DNA from: a candidate division FCPU426 bacterium
GTDB taxonomy: Bacteria > Oederibacteriota > Muellerivitia > Muellerivitales > Muellerivitaceae
Assembly (NCBI GenBank): GCA_963796105.1
Contig: CAWCKJ010000004.1
Span: forward strand, 1,376,001-1,440,000
DNA: 64,000 bases
Direction: 5' to 3'
Notes under the pieces: generated by a model
Databases searched by the model: none
What the model was told of the DNA's origin: nothing
The model's input: only the letters and a program-made list of their open reading frames with translations
Shown: positions 20,338-30,245 of the stretch, piece by piece
Layout: each line of letters begins with the position of its first letter
How positions within the stretch are numbered: position 1 is the first letter of the stretch
Translations under genes and position numbers: made by a program

Positions 20338-21222
20338 TTAACTTCCTAAACTTGGCAAAGTCCCGAAAATAACTTTTCTCAATGCCTCGGCGGCAGGAGA
20401 AAGTTTTCCTTTTTTGCGCCAAGCCAGAGAAAGGGTGCGGATGGCTTTGGGCTGTGAAATGACCGAATAGGCCACTCCGGGAAAACTCGCCACCATCCTG
20501 GGCACCAGGCTGATGCCCAAACCCGAGGCCACCAAGGCCTGCACTGTCTCGATTCCCGCGCTCTCAAAAACCACCTTGGGCTCCAGACCGGCTTGGCGGA
20601 AAAGGTCCAGGGTGATCTGACGGAATCCATGGCCTGTCTTCATCAAAATGAACGGTTCTTCCGAAACTTGCCTGAGGGCCAGGGTTTTTTTCCCCGCCAG
20701 GGGGTGCTTGGCGTGAAGGGCTAGGAGAAGTTCCTCGGCCAAAATGGTTTTTTGGTCCAAGCCGGGCCTTAATCCCGCCTCATCCATGATCGCCAATTCC
20801 ACCTCTCCTTGTTCCAGGGCCAGGGCCAGGTTGGGCGAGGATTCCTCCCTCAACTGGACCTGAATCTTCGGGTAGGCCTTCCGGAACGCCGTGAGAATGG
20901 GGGGGAGCAAGTGGGCACCGGTCGTGGGCATGCAGCCAAGGCTGACCTTGCCCAGGGTGAGTCCCGTCAGGGCTTTGGCGTCCTCGCGGGCGGATTCCAT
21001 TTCCTGCAGGATGGCCTTGGCCCGGGGCAGGAAGGTTTCACCCCTGGCCGTGAGGTTTCCACCCTTCCGGGTCCGTTCGAAAAGAGGTCCGCCCAATTCG
21101 TCCTCAAGTTTCGCGATTTGGATGCTCAAGGAAGGCTGGGATACGTTGCAAGCCCTAGCCGCGCTCGTGAATCGGCCCGTTTGCGCCACAGCCAGGAAAT
21201 ATCGCAACTGATGGGTTTCCAT
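20338..21222 (-). CDS. LysR-family transcriptional regulator, divergent from leuC
   Basis: QLRYF...FTSAARACNVSQPSLSIQIAKLEDELG-x-x-LFER HTH; LysR substrate-binding domain. Confidence 0.95.
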   Translation of the reverse strand: METHQLRYFLAVAQTGRFTSAARACNVSQPSLSIQIAKLEDELGGPLFERTRKGGNLTARGETFLPRAKAILQEMESAREDAKALTGLTLGKVSLGCMPTTGAHLLPPILTAFRKAYPKIQVQLREESSPNLALALEQGEVELAIMDEAGLRPGLDQKTILAEELLLALHAKHPLAGKKTLALRQVSEEPFILMKTGHGFRQITLDLFRQAGLEPKVVFESAGIETVQALVASGLGISLVPRMVASFPGVAYSVISQPKAIRTLSLAWRKKGKLSPAAEALRKVIFGTLPSLGS

Positions 21223-21329
21223 AAAAGCCTCAAGTCTTTCACCACAGCGGCGCTTCGCGCCACACAGAACTCTTCGCATCGCAGCGAAGAGTCGTTGACA
21301 GTTAAAATTTTAATGTCCTAAAGAAAATT

Positions 21330-21366
21330 ATAGTATAAAGCTATATTTAATATAGTAACTATATCT
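21330..21366. promoter_or_regulatory. Putative LysR-type operator ATAG-N7-CTAT-N7-ATAG
   Basis: ATAG(21330)-N7-CTAT(21341)-N7-ATAG(21352) in the divergent LysR/leuC intergenic region. Confidence 0.6.
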
Positions 21367-21481
21367 TATACAAATATGACTTTTCGTCCTATATTTTCCA
21401 TAGTTGCTTTAAAACAAATCTTTCCGTGAACTCTGTGCGCCGCCGAAGGCGGCCCGTGGTGAAAACGCTTTGGAGGTCATT

Positions 21482-22888
21482 ATGGCAAAAGGCACTCTCT
21501 ACAACAAAGTCTGGGATTCGCACATCGTGGACAAGCTTCCCACGGGACAGTTCCAGCTTTTCATCGGCTTGCACCTCATCCACGAGGTGACCAGCCCCCA
21601 GGCCTTCGATATGGTCGGGGAAAAGGGGGTCAAGGTGGCCTATCCCCAAAGGACCTTCGCCACCGTGGACCATATCGTCCCCACCCAGAGCCAGGCCAGG
21701 CCCTTCGCGGACCCCGAGGCTGAGCAGATGATGGGTGCCATCGAAAAGAACGTGAAGAAGTACGGGATTCAGTTCTTCGGGTTCGACACGGGCCGCCAGG
21801 GAATCGTCCATATCGTGGGACCTGAAATGGGATTGACCCAGCCTGGCATGACCATCGCCTGCGGGGACTCGCATACCTCCACCCATGGGGCGTTCGGGAC
21901 CCTCGCCTTCGGCATCGGCACCTCCCAGGTCAGGGATGTTTTGGCCACCCAGTGCCTGGCCATGGACGCCTTGAAGGTGCGCCGGGTCAACGTGAACGGA
22001 AAATTGAAGCCGGGTGTCACGGCCAAGGACGTCACCCTCTATGTCATCCAAAAGCTGGGGGTGAAGGGAGGCATCGGCTACGCCTATGAGTACGGTGGAA
22101 CCGTGTTTGACGCCATGAGCATGGAGGAGCGCATGACGGTCTGCAACATGGCCATCGAGGGCGGGGCCAGGGTGGGCTACGTCAACCCGGACCAGACTAC
22201 CTTTGACTACTTGAAAGGCCGGCCTCACGCCCCTTCCGGGGACAAATGGGACAAGGCCCTCGCCTATTGGAAATCAGTGGTTTCCGACAAGGACGCCCAG
22301 TATGACGACGTAGTGAATTTCGAGGCCTCGGATATAGAGCCCATCGTGACTTGGGGCATTACGCCGGACCAGTCCGTGGGCGTGAACCAAAAGCTTCCCG
22401 AAGTCGGCCGCTTCTCGGCCGATGAGGCCAAAACGGTGGAATTGGCCTACAAGCACATGGATTTGAAACCTGGCGCCCCGATCAAGGGAACTCCCATCGA
22501 CGTGGCTTTCATCGGTTCCTGCACCAACGGCCGAATCAGCGATCTGAGGGAGGCAGCCAAGGTGGCCAAGGGGCGGAAAGTTTCCAAGACGGTTCGGGCT
22601 TTCGTGGTGCCTGGCTCCCAACAGGTGAAGGCCCAGGCGGAAAAAGAGGGGCTTCACAAGATTTTTACTGAGGCTGGTTTCGAGTGGCGGGAGGCCGGCT
22701 GTTCCATGTGCCTGGCCATGAATCCCGACAAACTCAAAGGCCGGGAAATCTCAGCCTCCTCGTCGAACCGTAATTTCATCGGGCGGCAGGGAAGCAAGGA
22801 CGGGAGGACCATGTTGATGAGTCCCGCCATGGTGGCGGCCGCCGCGGTTGAGGGGTATGTCACCGACGTCAGGGAATTTATGAAATAA
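21482..22888 (+). CDS. leuC: 3-isopropylmalate dehydratase large subunit
   Basis: [46 protein letters not shown]-x-GRQG. Confidence 0.96.
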   Translation: MAKGTLYNKVWDSHIVDKLPTGQFQLFIGLHLIHEVTSPQAFDMVGEKGVKVAYPQRTFATVDHIVPTQSQARPFADPEAEQMMGAIEKNVKKYGIQFFGFDTGRQGIVHIVGPEMGLTQPGMTIACGDSHTSTHGAFGTLAFGIGTSQVRDVLATQCLAMDALKVRRVNVNGKLKPGVTAKDVTLYVIQKLGVKGGIGYAYEYGGTVFDAMSMEERMTVCNMAIEGGARVGYVNPDQTTFDYLKGRPHAPSGDKWDKALAYWKSVVSDKDAQYDDVVNFEASDIEPIVTWGITPDQSVGVNQKLPEVGRFSADEAKTVELAYKHMDLKPGAPIKGTPIDVAFIGSCTNGRISDLREAAKVAKGRKVSKTVRAFVVPGSQQVKAQAEKEGLHKIFTEAGFEWREAGCSMCLAMNPDKLKGREISASSSNRNFIGRQGSKDGRTMLMSPAMVAAAAVEGYVTDVREFMK

Positions 22889-23003
22889 TCTCGGATTGTT
22901 TTGGGAGATGGGAAAAAAGAGCAAGGGAAAAATTTAATTCTTAAAAATTAAACTGAGTCTCTGTGCCGCCAAAGGCGGCTGTGGTGAAATTGAGGAGGAA
23001 TTT

Positions 23004-23606
23004 ATGAACAAAATTACTAAGATCGAGGGAAGGGCTATTCCTGTTGAGGGAAATGACATTGATACCGACCGCATCATTCCGGCCAGGTATTTGAAGGAAA
23101 TCACCTTCACCAACATGGGAAAGTACCCATTTTTTGACGAGCGTTTTGACTCCCGGGGAAAAACAAAGGGTCATCCCTTTGATATGGCCCCATACCAGGG
23201 CTCTTGCCTCTTGGTGGTGAACCAGAACTTCGGGTGCGGCTCCTCGCGCGAGCACGCCCCGCAAGCCCTCATGCGCTGGGGAATCAAGGCCATCCTGGGG
23301 GAGTCCTTCGCGGAGATATTCGCGGGCAATTGCACCATGCTGGGCATTCCCACCATGACGGCGCCCCAGGCGGGAATCCAACGCCTTCAAAAGATGGTCA
23401 AAGATAACCCGAATACCGCCTTTGCCGTGGATTTGGAGAAGATGACTTTGTTCGGAGACGGGAAAGAAGTTTTAAAATTCGAAATCCATGAGTCCAAACG
23501 AAACGCCCTTATCAATGGGACTTGGGATTCAACAGGTTTACTCTTGGCCAACGTCGGCAAGACCGCCGAGGTCGCCAAGCGGCTTCCTTACGTCAGCGGG
23601 TTTTGA
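23004..23606 (+). CDS. leuD: 3-isopropylmalate dehydratase small subunit
   Basis: DIDTDRIIPARYL, NFGCGSSREHAPQAL, SFAEIF-x-x-NC. Confidence 0.96.
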   Translation: MNKITKIEGRAIPVEGNDIDTDRIIPARYLKEITFTNMGKYPFFDERFDSRGKTKGHPFDMAPYQGSCLLVVNQNFGCGSSREHAPQALMRWGIKAILGESFAEIFAGNCTMLGIPTMTAPQAGIQRLQKMVKDNPNTAFAVDLEKMTLFGDGKEVLKFEIHESKRNALINGTWDSTGLLLANVGKTAEVAKRLPYVSGF

Positions 23607-23710
23607 GGCCGGATGAGGTTACTGATTCCTCCGGCTTGATTTGATTCTATTCCTTCGGAATGTTACCATAATAGGATCGATATGGCTACAAATCGGCCAC
23701 GGGAGGGAAG

Positions 23711-24043
23711 ATGAAATTCCATCAGGTTCGTGAAATGAGAACTCATTACGGCAAGGTGCTGGAGGACCTCCGAAAGGAGAAGAAAATCGTGCTTATGAGC
23801 AAGGGGAAACCTGTAGCACTGCTGACTGAATTAACTGAAGATAGTTTCGAGGAGCGGATTGCCGAAACCAAAAGTACTCATTTTGCCGCTGAGCCTTCCT
23901 TGTTATACGGGACCGAAGATCCGGAAATACTCAAAGCTTGGATCGGGGAAGCGGAAAGCCGCCGCCGTGACTACCTAGAAGGCAAATCAAAACTCATTCC
24001 CGCCAAAAAAGTATTTGCCAGTCTCCGCCAAAAGACCAAATGA
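23711..24043 (+). CDS. Antitoxin: Phd/YefM N-terminus plus addiction-module-component-like C-terminus
   Basis: VREMRTHYGKVL...SKGKPVALL (Phd) and AWIGEAESRR...GK-x-K-x-IP-x-x-x-VF; overlaps the downstream toxin gene. Confidence 0.75.
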   Translation: MKFHQVREMRTHYGKVLEDLRKEKKIVLMSKGKPVALLTELTEDSFEERIAETKSTHFAAEPSLLYGTEDPEILKAWIGEAESRRRDYLEGKSKLIPAKKVFASLRQKTK

Positions 24044-24342
24044 TCCGTTTCCATCTGGAAGCTGTCGCGGAATTGGAGGCTTCTTTCGATTATTACGAGA
24101 CCCAACGGCCCGGTTTGGGTCTGCTTTTTCTTGAGGGAGTGGAAAAAGCACTGGAAAAAATACAGTCCCATCCCGACGCATGGCCTTCCTTGACACCGGA
24201 AAGGGGACCCTTGCGCCGCCACCTGTTGAAGTTGTTTCCCTACGGCTTGATATATGAGAGAGAAAAACAGGATATCCTTGTATGGGCTGTCATGCATTTG
24301 GCTCGTAAACCCGGTTATTGGAAGAAAAGGAACCGGCGTTAA
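24040..24342 (+). CDS. RelE/ParE family toxin
   Basis: A-x-x-EL-x-x-x-x-x-YYE-x-Q-x-PGLG-x-x-F, FPY-x-x-IY, AVMHL-x-RKPGYW. Confidence 0.9.
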   Translation: MIRFHLEAVAELEASFDYYETQRPGLGLLFLEGVEKALEKIQSHPDAWPSLTPERGPLRRHLLKLFPYGLIYEREKQDILVWAVMHLARKPGYWKKRNRR

Positions 24343-24393
24343 AGGAATGAGCGTTTAATCAAAATGGCTATGGGTGTTCACAAAAGAATTACT

Positions 24394-25269
24394 TCACCTG
24401 AACTCCACGCACCTCATGGACAGCATGCCGTAGTCGAATCCCTCGAAGGGAAAGCGCACCTTGGGTTTGCCACGGGTGCCCGCCGAGGCGGCGGCTACCA
24501 GGAGAGGGGTGAAATGCTCATCGGTGGGGTGGGATTGGGGGCCGCCAGGGGCTTCCATATAATTGGACAGGGTCTTCAGGTCAAATCGCAGAAGGGTCTC
24601 CTTCACCCAATTGTCAAACCCCGATACCCAATCGGGGGGCGCTGCGGCCCGGTCGCTAAAATCCACCAAGCCCAGGTTGTGCGTGATATTTCCGCTTCCC
24701 AGGATGAAGACTCCCTTGGACCGCAGGGAAGCCAGGGCTTTGCCCAAGGCCATGTACTCCGAAAAGGAGGCCCCGGTGGGGATGGAAACCTGGAGAACGG
24801 GGATACCCGCTCGGGGGAACAGGTGAAGCAAGGGGACCCAGGCTCCGTGGTCCAGGCCCCGGTCCGAAAGGGTGGCTGGCTTCAAACCGATATTTTCCAA
24901 GAGCCCCATGATCAACTTGGCCAATAAAGGCGCGGTGGGAGCGTTATATTCCAGGTCGTAGAGCTCCCCGGGAAAGCCGTAGAAGTCGTAGTTCAAAGGG
25001 ACTTCGCTCAAGGGGCCCAGATGCGGGGGCCATTGTACCCAATGGGCCGATATGACCAGGACGGCCTTGGGTCTTGCCTCTCGGCCCTCCTCGGGGTCCA
25101 GCAGGGATTCCCCCCAAGCCTTCCAGGCCTGGGTGATTTCGTTATCCTCAACCGCCAGGGTGGGAGCGCCATGTCCCACGAAACCCACCGGCATCAAGAT
25201 TTTCGAATCCAGGTATTCCTTCGGCTCGCCTGTTTTGCCTTCCTTTTTTTTATTCTTATGGGACGACAT
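24394..25269 (-). CDS. DODA-type (LigB/YgiD) extradiol ring-cleavage dioxygenase
   Basis: GHGAP, ISAHW, YDFYGFP, RGLDHGAWVPL, GSGNITHNL, HPTDEHF-x-PL. Confidence 0.93.
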   Translation of the reverse strand: MSSHKNKKKEGKTGEPKEYLDSKILMPVGFVGHGAPTLAVEDNEITQAWKAWGESLLDPEEGREARPKAVLVISAHWVQWPPHLGPLSEVPLNYDFYGFPGELYDLEYNAPTAPLLAKLIMGLLENIGLKPATLSDRGLDHGAWVPLLHLFPRAGIPVLQVSIPTGASFSEYMALGKALASLRSKGVFILGSGNITHNLGLVDFSDRAAAPPDWVSGFDNWVKETLLRFDLKTLSNYMEAPGGPQSHPTDEHFTPLLVAAASAGTRGKPKVRFPFEGFDYGMLSMRCVEFR

Positions 25270-25880
25270 AAGCGCTTCCTTTCAGATTCCACCGGCCTGT
25301 TGGGGGTAAAAGAGCAGCCCGGGGGGACAAGGCCTAATAGGATAGGGTTTTTTTTGAAAAATCCAAGAAGGGAAATAATGGGAATAAACGAAAAGCGGCG
25401 GAATTAGTTTTAGTTATTAGAGGTTTTCCCGGCGTTCCAAAAGAGGGTTTGGGCCGGACTTCCGCCCTGCCGCGCTAGCTTTTTGGATTCAGCGGTTTTA
25501 GAGGGCTTTTTCCCCGCTTTCCAAGAGGATGAGGGGGCCCCATAGATCGGCCAGATGAGAAACAATGGTTTCTGAAATTCCCTGGAGTATTTTGTGGTTC
25601 GGAATCGCATGGCCTCTCCTTGGCGTTTTTGGAGTTTACGAGAAAAGAATATCCAAGGAGGGGGTTGCCGATTTATGCGCTGGATCATCCTTAATGGGAA
25701 TATATTTTCGCCAGGGGGTATTGATTTTAAACCACGGATTAATTCGTAAAATCTGTTTATGGTCAGGATACGCTTTGAGTAAACGGGTATCCAAAACTTG
25801 ACCCTTGAATCGGCCGGACCTAACATGGTCATGCGCAATCATTCAAAAACTTTTTTCGTCCAATATCGCGGGGGAAATTC

Positions 25881-26354
25881 TTGAGAAAACTTTTCTGGGT
25901 CGTGGTCCTATTCCTATTCTCTAACGCGGTCTTGGCCCAAGAGGCTCTGACTCCGGTCATTCTCAATTCGGGGAAATTTTCCAGGAAAATTTCCTTTAAA
26001 AAAAACCCGAACAAAGGTCCGTCCGCCATTACCAAGGAGCTGGTCAACCGGAGGGTCAATGGGAAAGGCCCGGTCAACAATTATTACCCTCTTCCCAATA
26101 AAAAACCGGCTCCGGGAAAAAACCCAATGACTAAAGCGAAAACTGGAAAGGCCCTGCCGAACAGCCGCGCGGTTCAAGCCGGCGTCAAGCCGAAGACCCT
26201 GCCCTTGGTCAGGATGGTGCCCACTCCGAAGGGGTTATCCAACTATGTTCAAGGCGTGAAAAATTTTCCGGGTTACAAGTACTCTCCCGGGGGTGCGTCA
26301 TCGGTCATGGGCCCCGCCACCCTCAACTATCCGACTCTTTACCAATCCAAGTAA
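25881..26354 (+). CDS. Hypothetical secreted basic (K/P/N-rich) protein
   Basis: Signal peptide RKLFWVVVLFLFSNAVLA and a GGGGG RBS. Confidence 0.55.
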   Translation: MRKLFWVVVLFLFSNAVLAQEALTPVILNSGKFSRKISFKKNPNKGPSAITKELVNRRVNGKGPVNNYYPLPNKKPAPGKNPMTKAKTGKALPNSRAVQAGVKPKTLPLVRMVPTPKGLSNYVQGVKNFPGYKYSPGGASSVMGPATLNYPTLYQSK

Positions 26355-26457
26355 TTTTAAAACCTCAATCAAAATTCAAAATTTCACCACAGGTCCATTC
26401 GCGCCTCGACGAATGGACCTGCCTCGACAGCGCGCAGAGGAACAAATAAGATTTTTT

Positions 26458-26682
26458 ACTCAACTTTGGCAAATCTCGGTTTGACTTGCGTTTCCCCCTC
26501 TGAAAGAGGGGGATTAAGGGGAAGTTAGCCTTTTCGTATTAATCAGAGAACGACTAATACCCCCCAGTCCAACACCGCTCATAGGGAAAAACCCGTATGT
26601 TACCCACAAACCGAAATACCCCTTTTTCAAAGTGGGGAAATCAGCACCAGCGACATTTTTTTGAAATTTGCCAAATTTGGGT
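26458..26682. mobile_element. MITE-like element (ACTCAACTTTGGCAAAT TIR) with an internal REP-like doublet
   Basis: TIRs at 26458-26474 and 26666-26682 (15/17 match); internal CCCCCTCTGAAAGAGGGGG palindrome. Confidence 0.7.
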
Positions 26683-26764
26683 TTTTATTTATTTAATCCC
26701 ATGAATCCCATGTATCCGTGGCGAAAAAGTTTTGTTTTTGATTTTTTGGCATGTCTAGAAGGAT

Positions 26765-27730
26765 TCAGCTTGCGGAAGGACGTTTTTTAAATAATTCCCA
26801 AAGCTCCCTGCGTCCGAACATTCCCCTGGGCCTCCAGAGCATCATGAGGATCAGAAGCAGGGAATAAATGACCATGCGCAGGTCGATGCCGGTCCACTGC
26901 TGGATGGGCCTCAGGGCCTCCGGCAGGAAGGTCAGGATGAAGGCCGCGATCAGGGAGCCGGAGACGGAACCCATGCCCCCCAAGACCACCATGATGACGA
27001 TCTCCACGGATTTCATGAAGTCGAACGAACTCGGGTTGATGAAGGAAAGGTAGTGGGCGAACAACCCTCCCGCAACGCCCGCCGCCGCGGAGGAGGCCAC
27101 GAAAGCCTGCACTTTATAATGGGTGGTGTTGACTCCCATGGCCTCCGCCGCGATCTCGTTCTCGCGGATGGAAAGAAGGGCCCGGCCGTGCGTGGAGAGG
27201 ACGAAACGGTGAGTGGCCAGGACGCAGAGGGCGAGGATGAAGACCACCAGGAAAGCCGTGGTGGTGCCGGGAATGCCGATGAAACCCCTGGCGCCCCCCA
27301 CGGCTTGGATATTCAGGATCGTGACCCGGATGATCTCGCCGAACCCAAGAGTGGCGATGGCCAGGTAATCTCCCCTCAAGCGAAGCGACGGCAGGCCCAC
27401 CAGGTATCCCGCCAGGGCGCTTAAGAGGGCCGCGGCGAGGAGGGAAATGATCAAGGCGCACTGGTTTCCCGCGAAGCTTCCGTGCAGGGGCGCCAGAAGA
27501 AACACGTTCACCGAGGCGGCGGTATAGGCGCCCACCGCCATGAAGCCGGCGTGCCCTAAGGAAAACTGCCCCGAGAGGCCGTTCACCAAGTTCAGGGAAA
27601 CAGCCAGGATGGCGTTGATGCTGGCCAGGATGAAAAGCTCGCTGAAATAGGGAGGCATCACGGCTGTGAGCCCTTGGGCCGCGCCGGCGATCGCCAATAA
27701 AAGCAAAAGCCATTTCAAATTAGAAACCAT
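26765..27730 (-). CDS. livM: Branched-chain amino acid ABC transporter permease
   Basis: GQFSLGHAGFMAVGAY, LRLRGDYLAIATLGFGEI, IRENEIAAEAMG, VVLGGMGS. Confidence 0.93.
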   Translation of the reverse strand: MVSNLKWLLLLLAIAGAAQGLTAVMPPYFSELFILASINAILAVSLNLVNGLSGQFSLGHAGFMAVGAYTAASVNVFLLAPLHGSFAGNQCALIISLLAAALLSALAGYLVGLPSLRLRGDYLAIATLGFGEIIRVTILNIQAVGGARGFIGIPGTTTAFLVVFILALCVLATHRFVLSTHGRALLSIRENEIAAEAMGVNTTHYKVQAFVASSAAAGVAGGLFAHYLSFINPSSFDFMKSVEIVIMVVLGGMGSVSGSLIAAFILTFLPEALRPIQQWTGIDLRMVIYSLLLILMMLWRPRGMFGRRELWELFKKRPSAS

Positions 27731-27744
27731 TTAAAAACTCCTGG

Positions 27745-28035
27745 CAGGCTGCTAAAAAATAAAATAGGCCCACATACCGCTTTTCTTATTCAACAAATTA
27801 ATATTGAAAGCGGCATAGTCCCACTTTCATTAAAGCAGTATCGAAAAGTGAGACAAAGTTGCCTGCGGCCCCAAAGATTCCGCAGGAATCGTAGGGTTAC
27901 CACGAATGTCGTCAGATGCCCCCATTTCTCAATGTTTAAACTTTCGTAATGAAAATGGGGACGTCCTCATGCCCTTTGATTTATTTTCAAAGAGGCATCA
28001 GGGAAAAAGTCCGTTCGGGCTTTTTTAGCAAGCTA
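27745..28035. mobile_element. Possible MITE with imperfect (A)GCTGCTAAAAAA terminal repeats
   Basis: CAGGCTGCTAAAAAA at 27745 and TTTTTTAGCAAGCTA ending at 28035; fills the whole folD-livM gap. Confidence 0.45.
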
Positions 28036-28046
28036 AATGGGTTTTA

Positions 28047-28886
28047 CTACCAGCGTTCCGCGGCTTCCACTGTCTGGGTGATGAGGGTGGCGATGGTCAT
28101 GGGGCCGACGCCGCCGGGAACAGGCGTATAAGCGAAGGCACGATCCTTCACTCCATCCAGGTCAATATCCCCCACACCGCCCGGGTGGTAGCCAGCGTCC
28201 ACCACCACCGCAGCGTCCTTGATCCAGGAGGACTGGATGAACTTGGGCCTTCCGACAGCCCCCACCACCAAGTCGGCCAGCCTCACCAGGTCCCCTAGGT
28301 CCTTGGTCTTGGAATGGCAGATAGTGACCGTGGCGTTGGCGTTCATGAGCATCATGGCCATGGGTTTTCCCAGGATGGGGCTTCTTCCCACCACGACCGC
28401 GTGCATACCGGCCAGGGTGATGGGGTAATGCTTCAATAGGGTCATGATGCCCTGGGGAGTGGCGCTTCCATAGGCCTTCTCGCCCATGGCCAGGCGCCCG
28501 AACCCGTGGGTGGTCACGCCGTCCACGTCCTTTTCCAGCTTGATGGAGTCGAAACAGTGCCTCTCATCGATCTGTTTGGGGACGGGATGCTGGAGGAGGA
28601 TTCCCGCCACGTCGGGATTATTGTTCAATTCCTTGATCTTTTCCGCCAACTGCTCGGTGGTGGTATGCTCCGGCATCTCCACCTTCAGGGATTGCAGGCC
28701 CACCCTTTGGCAGGCGTTGCCCTTCATTTTCACGTAGGTCACGGAGGCTGGGTCCGCCCCCACCAGGATAGTAGCCAGCATGGGCGTCCGGCCTTGGTGC
28801 TTTTCCCGGATCTTCTTCACCCGCTCCGCCAACTGCAGTTCGATTTCCTTCGCCAAAGCTTTTCCATCCAGGACTATAGGAGCCAA
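28047..28886 (-). CDS. folD: Methylenetetrahydrofolate dehydrogenase/cyclohydrolase
   Basis: [28 protein letters not shown]-x-[17 protein letters not shown]. Confidence 0.96.
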   Translation of the reverse strand: MAPIVLDGKALAKEIELQLAERVKKIREKHQGRTPMLATILVGADPASVTYVKMKGNACQRVGLQSLKVEMPEHTTTEQLAEKIKELNNNPDVAGILLQHPVPKQIDERHCFDSIKLEKDVDGVTTHGFGRLAMGEKAYGSATPQGIMTLLKHYPITLAGMHAVVVGRSPILGKPMAMMLMNANATVTICHSKTKDLGDLVRLADLVVGAVGRPKFIQSSWIKDAAVVVDAGYHPGGVGDIDLDGVKDRAFAYTPVPGGVGPMTIATLITQTVEAAERW

Positions 28887-28980
28887 ATTTCACCTCTTTT
28901 TAGTTTTTATTAAAGACCCATATTCACCACAGGTTCCTCCGGAACCACAGTGGCGCTTCGCACCACACAGTTTAAATTAT

Positions 28981-29156
28981 TCTCAACTTTGGCAAATTTG
29001 CGGAACACACTATGTCTCCCCCTCTGAAAGAGGGGGAATATGGGGAAGTTAGTCTTTTCTTGCCTCTTTACCAAAGGCTAATACCCCCTATCCCCCTTTT
29101 TCAAAGGGGGGAATTGATGTTTACGATGCGTCTTTCAAGATTTACCAAAATAAAAT
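28981..29156. mobile_element. Second copy of the CTCAACTTTGGCAAAT MITE-like element with a REP doublet
   Basis: Left TIR at 28981, decayed right TIR at ~29140-29156; internal CCCCCTCTGAAAGAGGGG and CCCCCTTTTTCAAAGGGGGG palindromes. Confidence 0.65.
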
Positions 29157-29241
29157 TATTAAAATTTTGAGTGCGTTCTTAACCGTGCCTTTGTGGTTTC
29201 GAAGAAACCTGTGGTAAATTTTTTTGAGCCTCTTCTTATTT

Positions 29242-30144
29242 TTAAACTTTTTCCGGCTGGTATTTTCCAAACAACCCCGCCGGTTTGAAGAGAAGGATGA
29301 GGATCAGGATAGCGAAAGCCAGGGCGTCGCGGTAGGTGGAGGAGCCGTAGCCCACCACCATGGCCTCGGCGATGCCCATGATCAAGCCACCCACCACCGC
29401 CCCCCGGATGCTTCCAATGCCCCCCAGCACCGCCGCCACGAAGGCCTTGATTCCGATCATGACCCCCATAAGGGGGTCCACCCTCGGGTAGCAGATGCCC
29501 ACCAAAATGCCCGCCGCTGCCGCCAGGGCGGAACCGATGATGAAAGTAAAGGAAACGATTCGTCCCGTTGGAATTCCAACCAGCGAGGCGAGCTCATGGG
29601 AAAAGGATACGGCCCTCATGGCCCGTCCTAATTTAGTCTTCTGCACGATCCACTCCAAGATGATCATCAGGAAAAGGGCCGTCATGAAAACAGTGATTTG
29701 CTGGTTGGTCACGGCCACTTGGCCGAACTGGAAGAGGGCTGTCTGGGGCATGATTTCCGGAAAGACGCGGGGGGTGGCGCCGAAAATCACCTGGCCCAGG
29801 TTTTCCAACAGAAGGGAGACACCCACCGCCGTGATCAAGAGGTTGAGCCTTGGAACGTGCATGAGGGGCCTGTAGGCGAAGCGCTCGATCAAGAAACCAA
29901 GTAAAGCCGAGGCAGCCATGGCGGCTACCAGCACGATCAGGAAACGCCCGATACCGGGATTCGTGCCGGCTCCCACGGCGATGGCCGTAAAAAGCCCGGC
30001 GTAAGCCCCCACCATGACGATGTCGCCATGGGCGAAATTAATCAGCCTCAGGATGCCGTACACCATGGTGTACCCCAGCGCGATCAAGGCGTAGATGGAA
30101 CCCAAGGCCGCGCCGTTTAATAAAAGTTGGAAAAAACCTTCCAT
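29242..30144 (-). CDS. livH: Branched-chain amino acid ABC transporter permease
   Basis: GSIYALIALGYTMVYGILRLINFAHG, GRAMRAVS, KAFVAAVLGGIGS. Confidence 0.95.
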   Translation of the reverse strand: MEGFFQLLLNGAALGSIYALIALGYTMVYGILRLINFAHGDIVMVGAYAGLFTAIAVGAGTNPGIGRFLIVLVAAMAASALLGFLIERFAYRPLMHVPRLNLLITAVGVSLLLENLGQVIFGATPRVFPEIMPQTALFQFGQVAVTNQQITVFMTALFLMIILEWIVQKTKLGRAMRAVSFSHELASLVGIPTGRIVSFTFIIGSALAAAAGILVGICYPRVDPLMGVMIGIKAFVAAVLGGIGSIRGAVVGGLIMGIAEAMVVGYGSSTYRDALAFAILILILLFKPAGLFGKYQPEKV

Positions 30145-30245
30145 TCGGCAAGTCTCCATTAGTTAATGAAAAAATTTATTTTATACGTCTTATCTGAGGA
30201 AATTACGATGTCATTGAATAGGCGCTGAATTTAATGATGATTTTA

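Noticed and set aside
20338..21222. Calling the LysR gene oxyR
   Set aside because: The peroxidatic Cys position reads GHGFR; the redox cysteines are missing.
25270..25860. Small ORFs (25565..25801, 25410..25838) or an ncRNA
   Set aside because: No recognisable motif, RBS support or conserved structure by eye.
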